Source: a virus. From it: a stretch of 64,000 bases of DNA. Numbering within the stretch: the first letter of the stretch is position 1; every line of letters starts with the position of its first letter. Where the stretch lies: positions 32,001 through 96,000 of IMG/VR virus record IMGVR_UViG_3300033233_000004. One strand, given 5' to 3'. The position numbers and the translations under genes are program-made. Shown piece by piece: positions 18,899 to 28,428 of this stretch. The notes beneath the pieces were generated by a model. The model had not been told where the DNA came from, searched no databases, and saw only the letters and a program-made list of their open reading frames with translations.

Positions 18899-20737
18899 TT
18901 ATTCTCCCGTCTGGACGTTGGATTTTACAACATCAGGATAATGTGGATTTCGATAATCATAACCTTCAGCTAATGGAACAACCATATTACCCAACAATTC
19001 GTCTCGATGTATATATGGATACATGTCTTCAATAGGTGTGTTCCACCCAAAAATCCTTGGTTGATATTCATGAAACTCATGACAATTAACATCACATATT
19101 ACAGGCTTATCTTGAGGAGTCTCTAAAACAGACTTAATAACAGAAGACATAATCTTTATGTTGTTAAGAAATAAATAATCAGCCCTAATTCCATATGCCC
19201 GTGCTACCGCTCTAAAATTTGGGGGGTGGTATCCTATGGGGCCACAAGCTTCACAGCGTCCTTGAAAATTAGTTTCTTGAAAGGCTTTCGTAATACCATA
19301 GATGTGATTGTTCATTAGAAATACTTTCACACCCACTCCATAATTAACCAATGTTTGAAGTTCTTGAATATTCATATTCATACCGCCGTCACCTATCACA
19401 CAAATTACTCGTCCTTTTGGATTCTTATTTGCAAACCATGCTCCTATCGAAGCAGCAAAAGAAAAACCCATTGGAGAATTACCATTGTTGGAAAAAAACT
19501 GTTGTCCATATTTGGTCTCAAATGCTTGATTCATGACAACAACATTGCCACCACAATCCGTAACAATAATATCATGCTCATTACACTCTTTAGATAAAAC
19601 CTTAGCAAATACATATGGATGAACGGGTTCAATTTGTAAAGCATATTCCGACTTCATCACAGAATATTGATGTTTCCATCGGTCTACTTGTTGCATCCAT
19701 TGTTCCCACATATTTGTCGAAGGAATGGTTTTCCGACACACTCTTTCAAGAAAAGGTATAATATCACATTGAAGAGTCCTATCAAACTTCACATCGTGTT
19801 CCTTGAAAATACCATCATCAATATTAACAACGTATTTTTTCGCAGAACGCATAAATGAAGAAGGAACACCACCATAAATACGACCAGAAAGACGTGTTCC
19901 AAGAGCAAGCAACAAGTCGCTATTCTGAATTGCAATATTCCGTCCATCGCCACCATATGTTCCAATACGCCCACCATAATAAGGAAAGTCAGAGGTTATC
20001 ACATCCAATGCATTCCAAGTTGGAAATGCTGGTACACCAAGTGCTGTTATAAATGCTCGAACCTTTTCTTTAGCTCCACGAGCACCACCACCGACAATAA
20101 CCACTGGACGCTTTGCTTTAGACAAGTCTGCAAGATACTCTTCAACAAAAGCATTTTGTTGTGTATCAGAACTTGATTGCTGTGATAATGCGGGAAAATA
20201 ACCAAGAACTATATCTGGCATCTCTGCTTTTTGAACATCCAATGGAATATCGAGCAAACACGGCCCTTGTTGACCTGTAAGCATAATATGAATACACTTG
20301 TCCAATTCATATGCAACCTCAGACACACTCTTAACCATAACAGCATACTTAGTAATCGGTTTAACAATACTTACAATGTCTGTTTCTTGAAAAGCATTCT
20401 GACGAATAGATGTAGACTTACGTAAGAACTTTGAGTTTGGTTGTCCAGTAATAAACAAACATGGAATCGAATCATAATAACAATTACCAATAGGAGTTAC
20501 TAAGTTCATTCCACCGGGGCCGCTTGTAGCAATTGCCACTCCAAATTTACCAGATACACGCGAATACGCTTCTGCGGAAAACCCCCCTGCCTGCTCGTGG
20601 AGTACAGCAACATAAGAAGTCTTATCAGTTCTTGTGAAAGCATCAATCAAATCTCCATTAGCAGCACCATATACCACAAACATCTTATCAATACCTGCCT
20701 CAGCGAGACGTTGAATAATGTAATCAGCTACTTTCAC
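18899..20737 (-). CDS. ThDP-dependent acetolactate-synthase-like enzyme, YerE-like by context
   Basis: HEQAGGF, ATSGPGGMN, ITGQ, FQETDI, ThDP motif GDGGMNMNIQEL...NN; embedded in NDP-sugar genes. Confidence 0.85.
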   Translation of the reverse strand: MKVADYIIQRLAEAGIDKMFVVYGAANGDLIDAFTRTDKTSYVAVLHEQAGGFSAEAYSRVSGKFGVAIATSGPGGMNLVTPIGNCYYDSIPCLFITGQPNSKFLRKSTSIRQNAFQETDIVSIVKPITKYAVMVKSVSEVAYELDKCIHIMLTGQQGPCLLDIPLDVQKAEMPDIVLGYFPALSQQSSSDTQQNAFVEEYLADLSKAKRPVVIVGGGARGAKEKVRAFITALGVPAFPTWNALDVITSDFPYYGGRIGTYGGDGRNIAIQNSDLLLALGTRLSGRIYGGVPSSFMRSAKKYVVNIDDGIFKEHDVKFDRTLQCDIIPFLERVCRKTIPSTNMWEQWMQQVDRWKHQYSVMKSEYALQIEPVHPYVFAKVLSKECNEHDIIVTDCGGNVVVMNQAFETKYGQQFFSNNGNSPMGFSFAASIGAWFANKNPKGRVICVIGDGGMNMNIQELQTLVNYGVGVKVFLMNNHIYGITKAFQETNFQGRCEACGPIGYHPPNFRAVARAYGIRADYLFLNNIKIMSSVIKSVLETPQDKPVICDVNCHEFHEYQPRIFGWNTPIEDMYPYIHRDELLGNMVVPLAEGYDYRNPHYPDVVKSNVQTGE

Positions 20738-21687
20738 AGACTCTCCCCAGTAAAAGTTTGAATTTCAATAGATTCTAATTCATTGAGTGGATAAATAAAT
20801 TCAGTAGAAGGAAACAATCGCTGTTTTACTTCATCTATGTATGCTTTAATAGCAAGTATGGCAAGTTGCAAAAATCCATCCATACGCTCTTCTCGTCCTT
20901 TTTGAATCATACCATATCCTGAAACTAACTTGGTGAATGCTTTTATAACTTGTGGAATATAACATTTAGCAAAAAGCGGACGAAATTGAGGATACAACCC
21001 AAGTAAGTCATGAATAATAAGCAACTGTCCATCAACATCAAGTCCAGCACCGACACTATAAATAGGAATAAGTAATTCCTTGGCAATAAACTTGGATGAA
21101 AGATTAGGCATGGCTTCCAATAAAATAGAAAAAGCTCCCACTGCTTGTAGTGCTTTTGCGTCTTTAAGAATACCACCAAGACTAACAGCAGTTTTACCTT
21201 GTACACGATAACCACCAAATGTTTGAGTACTTTGGGGAGTAAGTCCAAGGTGTCCCATCACAGGTATACCAGCATCAACCATAGCTTTTACTCGTGGTAC
21301 CATACGTTGACCGCCTTCACACTTCACAGCATCACAACCGGCTTCTTTGATAAAACGTAATGCATTCAAAATTGCTATTTCATCAGAAGGTTCGTAAGAA
21401 CCTTGTGGCATATCTCCAATGACAAATGTGTTAGGAGCACCCCGACGAACTGCTTTCGCCAAAATAATCATCTCATCCATCGTTACTGGATTTGTTGTTG
21501 GATAACCTAATTGGCACATACCACCAGAATCACCAACGAGAATCATGTCAACACCAGCTTGTTCAGCAGCAAAAGCGAGAGGGTAGTCATATGCTGTCAC
21601 CCATGCAACAGGTATTTTATCCAGCTTCATCTTTTGTAACTTAAGAATATTAAGCTTTACCATAATTTTGCTCCTTACACCATGCAA
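20734..21687 (-). CDS. panB: ketopantoate hydroxymethyltransferase (3-methyl-2-oxobutanoate hydroxymethyltransferase)
   Basis: TAYD, ILVGDS, GDMP, VKCEGG, MGHLGLTPQ, GAG...DGQLL..HDLLG. Confidence 0.92.
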   Translation of the reverse strand: MHGVRSKIMVKLNILKLQKMKLDKIPVAWVTAYDYPLAFAAEQAGVDMILVGDSGGMCQLGYPTTNPVTMDEMIILAKAVRRGAPNTFVIGDMPQGSYEPSDEIAILNALRFIKEAGCDAVKCEGGQRMVPRVKAMVDAGIPVMGHLGLTPQSTQTFGGYRVQGKTAVSLGGILKDAKALQAVGAFSILLEAMPNLSSKFIAKELLIPIYSVGAGLDVDGQLLIIHDLLGLYPQFRPLFAKCYIPQVIKAFTKLVSGYGMIQKGREERMDGFLQLAILAIKAYIDEVKQRLFPSTEFIYPLNELESIEIQTFTGESL

Positions 21688-22672
21688 CTGTCTTCGCCAA
21701 ACCTTCTGCTAAAGAAACTTTGGCTTGCCAACCAAAATCACGTTCTATCTTATCAACAGAAACTGTCCGATAAGGAATCATACTTGGTTTAGTATTATCA
21801 TATATTATCTTCGGTTGAAAACCAGAGATAGTAGTAAGAGCAGTAAGGATATCATTAACCGTAGATACTTCCCTTGTTGCTATGTTATAAGGGTTGCAAT
21901 TATCTCCCTTCTCCACTAAACGAAAAAGACCATCAACTAAATCATCAATGTAAATGAAATTTCTTACATCATTTCCATCTCCCCATACCTCTAAAGGATT
22001 CATCTTGTTTGTAAATTTCAACACAAGAGCAGGAATTACATGTCCTCGCTTCAAATCAAAATGATCGTGAGGCCCATACACGGCTGTTGTTCGAACCAAT
22101 ACAAACTTGGTAAGACCTAATGTAGAATAGAAAGCAGCAGCTTTTTCAAGATATCTCTTCATCCACCCTACACCCATATAGCCTTTCCACGGGTCTCCAT
22201 CAAAACCTGCTTCTTCTCGAACAGGAAATGCTAAATCTGGATACATAGTAGAACTGCCTATAAAACCAAACCTGTCCACACCACTTTCAACTGCTGCTGA
22301 CATCATATTAGTTCCAAGTATAACACTCTCTCGTACAAGTTTAGCAACAACGCTTGCATCGGTTTGACCTGCCGCTCCTGCTGTAGATGAAGCAGCATGA
22401 AAAACTATATCCATACCTTTAGCAACCTTAAGACAATCAGCATAGTCCAACAAATCACAAGGCATAAGCATTAAATTAGGATGCACAATATCAAATTTTT
22501 TAGATAAAAGTACTCGTGGAAGGCCATCACCATAATCACTATATGTAATACTATCACCACGAATAGTAGCATATACAAAAGCCCCTTCGTCTAAAGCCCG
22601 ACGAATAATACCATGTCCGCAAAGTCCTGCACCACCAGTAACAAGAATATTTTTACCAGTAAAGAAACTCAT
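21650..22672 (-). CDS. NAD(P)-dependent epimerase/reductase, GDP-fucose-synthase-like
   Basis: VTGGAGLCG, GSSTMYP, VYGPHDHF, HVIPAL, WGDG..VRNFIYIDD; catalytic motif reads VGWMK. Confidence 0.8.
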   Translation of the reverse strand: MSFFTGKNILVTGGAGLCGHGIIRRALDEGAFVYATIRGDSITYSDYGDGLPRVLLSKKFDIVHPNLMLMPCDLLDYADCLKVAKGMDIVFHAASSTAGAAGQTDASVVAKLVRESVILGTNMMSAAVESGVDRFGFIGSSTMYPDLAFPVREEAGFDGDPWKGYMGVGWMKRYLEKAAAFYSTLGLTKFVLVRTTAVYGPHDHFDLKRGHVIPALVLKFTNKMNPLEVWGDGNDVRNFIYIDDLVDGLFRLVEKGDNCNPYNIATREVSTVNDILTALTTISGFQPKIIYDNTKPSMIPYRTVSVDKIERDFGWQAKVSLAEGLAKTVAWCKEQNYGKA

Positions 22673-22677
22673 AGAAT

Positions 22678-23658
22678 CTATCCTTTCTTAAATACATCAA
22701 ATCGTTTCTTGAACAATTCTTGATTCTGCTCATACCATGTGTAAGTATCCTGTAAACCCTCCAATAAAGATATTGTTGAATTAAAACCTAAAGACTGAGC
22801 AAACGATGTATCAAGAATACGTCTGACATCACCAGTAGGTTTTGTATCATCCCATGCAACAAGTATATCCTCTTTCTTACTTACTTTAAGTAACATATCG
22901 ACTAAAGTCTTGATAGAATAACCCTGTCCACTACCAAGATTCATGGGTTTAGTAATTTCATTCTCTACAACAAACAACATTCCACGAGCTACATCTTTGG
23001 CATGAATAAAATCACGTATAGCAGAACCATTGCCCCATACAACAAATGGGTTCTCCCCACTAAATAATCTATGAATCAAAGAAGGAACAACCATTGCCGT
23101 AACGGGGTCAAAATTATCAAACCGACCATAAACATTTGCTGGACGAACAATAGACACCTTCTTCCAATCATATTCAATTCGATATGCATCCACATGAAGT
23201 TCACCCATACGCTTTGACCAACCCGCAAACCAATCGTTCTTGGATGGAAAAGTAGACCATACATCGTCTTCTTTCAAAACTTGCCCTTCTCCATAAACAC
23301 CAATTGAACTGGTATACAAATACCACTCAACACCATTACGAAAAGCGGCTTCCAGCATATTAGTATTAAATTGAAAATATGAAGACATGGTTGTTGCTGG
23401 ACGTTCTTTCATAATCTTAGGAGAAGTTTTGATGCCAACCAGATTGAATACGACATCCATACCATTACACGCTTGAACACAGTTAACAGCATCCTTAAGA
23501 TTAAGACGCATATAAGATACTCCGTCAGGTACCAATTCAGGAGAATCCAGTGCAGCTATAGTTACTTTTGCTCCTTTTTCCAACAACAACCGTACTAAAT
23601 ATTGCCCAATCATTCCTGTACCGCCAGCAACCAATATATTTTTACCAGAAAGATTCAT
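22678..23658 (-). CDS. NAD(P)-dependent epimerase/reductase, GDP-fucose-synthase-like
   Basis: VAGGTGMIG, RPANVYGRFDNF, WGNGSAIRDFIH; catalytic motif reads AGWSK. Confidence 0.8.
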   Translation of the reverse strand: MNLSGKNILVAGGTGMIGQYLVRLLLEKGAKVTIAALDSPELVPDGVSYMRLNLKDAVNCVQACNGMDVVFNLVGIKTSPKIMKERPATTMSSYFQFNTNMLEAAFRNGVEWYLYTSSIGVYGEGQVLKEDDVWSTFPSKNDWFAGWSKRMGELHVDAYRIEYDWKKVSIVRPANVYGRFDNFDPVTAMVVPSLIHRLFSGENPFVVWGNGSAIRDFIHAKDVARGMLFVVENEITKPMNLGSGQGYSIKTLVDMLLKVSKKEDILVAWDDTKPTGDVRRILDTSFAQSLGFNSTISLLEGLQDTYTWYEQNQELFKKRFDVFKKG

Positions 23659-23661
23659 AAC

Positions 23662-24666
23662 TTATAGGTTTGTGAATTGTTTGTTATTATGACCAATAAT
23701 AGAATACGCTTTCACAAGCTCTTGAATACCCATATCCAAAGTATAATAAGGTCTCCAACCTGTAGCTTCAATTTTAGCATTAGATACTATATAGTCTCGC
23801 TTGTCAGGGTCTGTTGCAAAATCATCATACTTTACAACAAACTTAGGTACATATTTCTGAATACGTTCTGTAAGTTCCAATTTACTAAGATTAGCATCAG
23901 ACAAACCTACATTGAACGCCTGACCAACAAATTGACTATACTTATTTATCATATAGATGAATGTCAGGGCAACATCTCTCACATGAATGAAATTACGTTT
24001 GAAATCCTTTTCGAAAAGAACAATATACCCATCCGTAACAGCTTTATATACAAAATTATTTACCAGAAGATCAAGTCGCATCCTTGGAGAAACACCAAAT
24101 GCCGTAGCTAACCGAAGCGTAATTGCTCGACTACTATCAAGCAATATTTGTTCAGCAGCACATTTCGTTCGACCATAATGAGAAATAGGATTTAAAGGTG
24201 TCTCTTCTGTACAATACACACCTGATTCACCAATACCATATCCACTGTTCGTTGTTGGGAAAATAATACACTGCTGTGAAGAAGTATTGTTAAGGATAAA
24301 CTGAATTTGTTCAAAATTAATTTCTGTTGCCAAACGTCTATCTCGTTCACTCGCAGGAAAACCTACAATAGCAGCAAGCGGAATAATAACATCAGCTTGT
24401 TGAATATATGGCAACAAGGTTTTATGGTCACGTACATCACCATGCACAAATTGAAACTCTTTCACATACATGTAATCAGTCAAACAAACTTGTTTGTACA
24501 TCAAGTTATCATAGACCACGAGCTTTGTTAAATCCAGCCGATGACTTTTTTCATCAAAGGAAATAGGAGTATCCCTAAACAAATTGTATTCAGTAAAAGC
24601 AGAAAGTAGTTTACCAACCAAAATACTTCCTACATAGCCAGCACCACCTGTAATTAAAACATTCAT
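23662..24666 (-). CDS. NAD-dependent epimerase/dehydratase (extended SDR)
   Basis: ITGGAGYVGS, LAAIVG, YGRTK, LRLATAFGVSPRMRLDLLVN, RNFIHVRD. Confidence 0.85.
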   Translation of the reverse strand: MNVLITGGAGYVGSILVGKLLSAFTEYNLFRDTPISFDEKSHRLDLTKLVVYDNLMYKQVCLTDYMYVKEFQFVHGDVRDHKTLLPYIQQADVIIPLAAIVGFPASERDRRLATEINFEQIQFILNNTSSQQCIIFPTTNSGYGIGESGVYCTEETPLNPISHYGRTKCAAEQILLDSSRAITLRLATAFGVSPRMRLDLLVNNFVYKAVTDGYIVLFEKDFKRNFIHVRDVALTFIYMINKYSQFVGQAFNVGLSDANLSKLELTERIQKYVPKFVVKYDDFATDPDKRDYIVSNAKIEATGWRPYYTLDMGIQELVKAYSIIGHNNKQFTNL

Positions 24667-25280
24667 ACGTTCTCTTTCTCTTGTTTAGTATACCACCACA
24701 TATTCCCATGAGAATTTACTTTCATACCAACTATGGCTGCCGATTCAATCACAGCTTTACGTACATTATACGGTTCTGTAATCCAACCCCAAGCTCCACC
24801 ACCAATTAATCCACCGGGAGCAAGTAAAGGCATCCACATAACAATATCATTCTTTACACTTGTAGTTAAATGGTCAGCATTAATCCAAATCATATCAAAA
24901 CTTAAGCCTAAAGCAGAACATTCTTCCACTCCTGCAAGACTTGTCATCCGCAGTGGATATACCTTACTCCAAATTTCAGAATGATAACAATTAGCCAAAA
25001 ACTGTTCAAACATAGTCCGATTAGGATTATCCACCGACTTTGCATCCCAAGTATCTACACATACAACCTCTTCAATAAAAGGAAAATTACATAAATACCG
25101 AGTAGTCATACCTATTCCTACACCAACTTCGGCAACTCGTTTAGGTTCCAATTGATAAAGTAAGTCTGCTAATATGGAACTACCATCTATAAACTCATCA
25201 GAAGTATAAGGAAGAGCAACTACACCTTTGTATATAGATGTAGTTGTAAGTATATCACGAACCGTTTGTCTATTTTCCAT
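24663..25280 (-). CDS. class I SAM-dependent methyltransferase (Methyltransf_24-like)
   Basis: AEVGVGIG, CVDTW, FDMIWINADH, LAPGGLI. Confidence 0.75.
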   Translation of the reverse strand: MENRQTVRDILTTTSIYKGVVALPYTSDEFIDGSSILADLLYQLEPKRVAEVGVGIGMTTRYLCNFPFIEEVVCVDTWDAKSVDNPNRTMFEQFLANCYHSEIWSKVYPLRMTSLAGVEECSALGLSFDMIWINADHLTTSVKNDIVMWMPLLAPGGLIGGGAWGWITEPYNVRKAVIESAAIVGMKVNSHGNMWWYTKQEKENV

Positions 25281-25312
25281 ATTCTACTTTAGATACTAAG
25301 TGAGTATTGGCA

Positions 25313-26668
25313 TTATTTCACACTATCCATAATTTTATTTTCACTATCTTGAATTGTTTTTTGACCACGACTTTTATACCACTTATCTATTTGATTACGT
25401 TTATCCAACCATAATTCTTTTATTTGCGTTCGATTTAAACCACCAGTTTTACTATAATCTATATAACAATGTAAATCTTCATTTTTAGCACGGCATTGAG
25501 CAACATCCCATTTATTAGCTATAATTTCGTCTTCAAAAATTTCAACACCATACTTTTCTCTAAATACCCATAAAGGCGTTGAAGGAAAAGGGGCTAACAT
25601 ATACCAACCAACTTCGTCAGCTTCTGTTTCTTGTACAAATTCTAAACTTTTTTGTTCCGTTTCATATGTACAACCGGGTAAACCAGTTATCATATAAGTT
25701 AGACATTTTATGCCAGCATCTTTAATAGCTTTAATACCTTTTCTATTAGCGTCAACTGTCATTCCTTTATCATTTAATTTCAATATATTATCGTCGGCAG
25801 ATTCCAAACCTATGCAAATCTCAACACAACCACTTTCTTTAAGTTTACTTGCCAATTGTGGATAACGAATAAAATCAGTGGCACGAGTAGTGCATCTATA
25901 AACAACATCTAATTCTTTACTTATCAACAAATCTGCAATCTCTATAGCACGTTTAGCATTAATACTATAAACATCATCATAAATAATAAAACCATCAATA
26001 CCTTTCTTTTTCAATGATTTAATTTCATCAACAACACGTTGTGGAGAAAATGATTTATATTCACTATTTAAAATTGGTTCAGAACAGAAGGTACAATGAT
26101 ACGGACAGCCAAAACTTGTCATTAACGGTTGCGCTCGTTTACCAACAATTGTTAAAGAATATCTATTCAAATCTACAAAGTTTCTATCTGGCATCGGTAA
26201 CCAATCCAAATTTTTAGAATCTTGAATAAAATTACCAATCAAAATTCTATTTTGTGGCATACCGTGCCGACACATCTCTTCTAAAATTGATTCTCCTTGA
26301 CCAAAAACAACATAATCAAACAAATGTTTTGGTAGTACATCTGGAATTTTAAGAACATTTTGCATTGCTGTTACATGCGGCCCACCTCCAATAATAGGTA
26401 CATTAGTAATCTGTTTAATTATTGTAGCAACAGAAAGAGATTCTTCATATTGTGGTGTAGTCAAACTGATTCCAATAATATCTGGTTTAAAATCTTCTAA
26501 TCTTTTTACTAAAGCATCATTACCACCATGATTCAAATCAATTACTTGTGGTTCAGCTACATTTTGCTTTTTTAACCAAGTTGCTAAATATAATGTGCCT
26601 AAACTTGGCCGATCTCCACCGTTTGTTAGCCACTCGTCTTTAACATTAATTAACAGAATTTTTTTCAT
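25313..26668 (-). CDS. cobalamin-dependent radical SAM protein
   Basis: N-terminal B12-binding region (PSLGTLYLA, GGGPHVT), CPYHCTFC, GLESAD, ITGLPG. Confidence 0.9.
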   Translation of the reverse strand: MKKILLINVKDEWLTNGGDRPSLGTLYLATWLKKQNVAEPQVIDLNHGGNDALVKRLEDFKPDIIGISLTTPQYEESLSVATIIKQITNVPIIGGGPHVTAMQNVLKIPDVLPKHLFDYVVFGQGESILEEMCRHGMPQNRILIGNFIQDSKNLDWLPMPDRNFVDLNRYSLTIVGKRAQPLMTSFGCPYHCTFCSEPILNSEYKSFSPQRVVDEIKSLKKKGIDGFIIYDDVYSINAKRAIEIADLLISKELDVVYRCTTRATDFIRYPQLASKLKESGCVEICIGLESADDNILKLNDKGMTVDANRKGIKAIKDAGIKCLTYMITGLPGCTYETEQKSLEFVQETEADEVGWYMLAPFPSTPLWVFREKYGVEIFEDEIIANKWDVAQCRAKNEDLHCYIDYSKTGGLNRTQIKELWLDKRNQIDKWYKSRGQKTIQDSENKIMDSVK

Positions 26669-26674
26669 TAAATA

Positions 26675-27409
26675 TCAACCGTTAGTACTCGGAAGAATAA
26701 TATCTTTAATAGATTGATGTATTTCTAAAACAAGAGCCGGGTTATTTAAAGAAGCACGTTGAGCATTTAAAAACCTATCTGGTGGGCCGGGGTCTCCACC
26801 TTCTTTTGTCATATCATCCCTACAAATTTGTCTACGTTCACCACGATGAAGTAGAGCAGCCTCATTAGATACACGCATACTGTTCTCAAACATAATAACC
26901 TCTTTACAGACTGGTATACCAGAGTATTGTCCTTCAAGATGAACATGATACTTTCGAGTTTCATCATAACGTTTTCCAGCTTTAAATAATCTCATCGAGG
27001 GGCCGACAGGCCAATTGAAATAATGATAGGCATCCCTTGCTGTAAACAGAAGCATAAAATCCCAATAAGAACTGGTCTTATGTTCACCAGATTTGAACCA
27101 AGCTGAAAAATTTGTTGTTACTGTCATATCCGCATCTGGTACAAAAATGTAATCTCCTGAACATTGGTCAATACCGTAATTCATTTGAGCACGTGTAAAA
27201 TCCCACGTTCGTTCAAATAAACGAATTGGTATTCTATCTTTATACGAATTAATAATATCAATTGTATTATCCTTACTTCCACCATCGACAAGTACAACTT
27301 CTTTAAGGTCAGGTAATGTTGCAGCAATGTGCGCCATACTTTCCAAATACCATCGTATAACATATTCCTCATCTTGACATATCGTACAAACACTGAGACT
27401 ACTTCCCAT
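26675..27409 (-). CDS. GT2 glycosyltransferase
   Basis: VVLVDGGSKDNT, FVPDADM (DxD), HVHL. Confidence 0.85.
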   Translation of the reverse strand: MGSSLSVCTICQDEEYVIRWYLESMAHIAATLPDLKEVVLVDGGSKDNTIDIINSYKDRIPIRLFERTWDFTRAQMNYGIDQCSGDYIFVPDADMTVTTNFSAWFKSGEHKTSSYWDFMLLFTARDAYHYFNWPVGPSMRLFKAGKRYDETRKYHVHLEGQYSGIPVCKEVIMFENSMRVSNEAALLHRGERRQICRDDMTKEGGDPGPPDRFLNAQRASLNNPALVLEIHQSIKDIILPSTNG

Positions 27410-27442
27410 TCAATACCTCTTTTATTTTTGCCTACGCTCTAA

Positions 27443-27575
27443 TTGACACTCTCCCGATTAAAATCGGGAGATTCTTCAGGCAACGTCGGCTAACATCACC
27501 GGCGTTAGCTGTAAACTTCTATGTACAGAAGCTATGAAACTCCATGTTGGTGAAAATACATCCCGATAAGGAGCT
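27443..27575 (-). mobile_element. orphan IS200/IS605 right end (omega-RNA-like remnant)
   Basis: Minus strand ends GAATCTCCCGATTTTAATCGGGAGAGTGTCAA with a perfect 10-bp stem at 27450-27471; further stems at 27489-27509 and 27516-27531; no transposase or tnpB attached. Confidence 0.6.
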
Positions 27576-27697
27576 TTAACTATGATCTCTTTTTCACAAT
27601 CACATAAACATAACCATTTAGTACTTCTTGGATTCTCTACTTTAGAAAGGACAAGTAATCTACCAAAACGACTACCTATTATAGCCAAGGGTTTCAA
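27576..27697 (-). pseudogene. N-terminal remnant of an HNH/AP2-type homing endonuclease
   Basis: MKPLAIIGSRFGRLLVL...KWLCLCDCEKEII matches the N-terminus of the intact gene at 55763, then runs into the IS end. Confidence 0.65.
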
Positions 27698-28428
27698 TTA
27701 TCTTCTTTCTTTAACGTGCACCAATATCTATCTGTATTCTGTCCCTCTTCTTTTATTATCTTAAAAGAAGTTGTTTGAATTGCGTCCCTAACAAAGTTCG
27801 ACCCAAGTCTAAAGCCATGCCAAGTGTTTCCTAATGTCACATCCGTAACACCATTAACATCTCTACCATGAAATACAAAAACACCGCCTACCTTAAGTAC
27901 TCTACATGCTTCGTGAATATAGGACACAACAATCTCTGCGGCAACAATGTGTTGAAAAACTATATAAGAATAACATAAATCAACACTGTTGTCTGGTACA
28001 GTATTTAGATGCATACCATCCGTCTCAATAAATTCCACATGTTGATATACAGAACCTGAAAGTCGCTGCTTTGCTTGAAATAACAAATCACCAGAAATAT
28101 CAATAGCATATAATTTCTTACAAAACGGGGCTATAAACATAGTCATTCGTCCAAAACCAGCCCCCAATTCTACTATAACATCGCTTTTATAACCATTAAT
28201 CCTCGGTATAAATTCTCGAATAACATCACCTTTACCAGATGCCCTTATTTGCTCTTCGGATGCCCGTGGTGAGGCGCAAACATAAGAACTGGCATCATGT
28301 CCTGCTCGTAAGTTCCAGTCCTCTTTAGATATCCTGAGGAAAGTATCAAGGTCAGTAATGCCTAAATGGGTAAGATTATTGCAATGGATAGCCCGACTAT
28401 ATTGTATTGCATCGTTTTCTTTAGACAC
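27694..28428 (-). CDS. class I SAM-dependent methyltransferase
   Basis: VELGAGFGRM, AIDIS, SVDLCYSYIVFQHI, RVLKVGG. Confidence 0.88.
   Translation of the reverse strand: MSKENDAIQYSRAIHCNNLTHLGITDLDTFLRISKEDWNLRAGHDASSYVCASPRASEEQIRASGKGDVIREFIPRINGYKSDVIVELGAGFGRMTMFIAPFCKKLYAIDISGDLLFQAKQRLSGSVYQHVEFIETDGMHLNTVPDNSVDLCYSYIVFQHIVAAEIVVSYIHEACRVLKVGGVFVFHGRDVNGVTDVTLGNTWHGFRLGSNFVRDAIQTTSFKIIKEEGQNTDRYWCTLKKEDN

Noticed and set aside
18899-21687. ilvB + panB as amino-acid/pantothenate auxiliary metabolic genes
   Set aside because: No ilvN, ilvC, ilvD, panC or panE in the window, and both genes sit tightly within NDP-sugar genes; a sugar-branching role fits better, though it is unproven.
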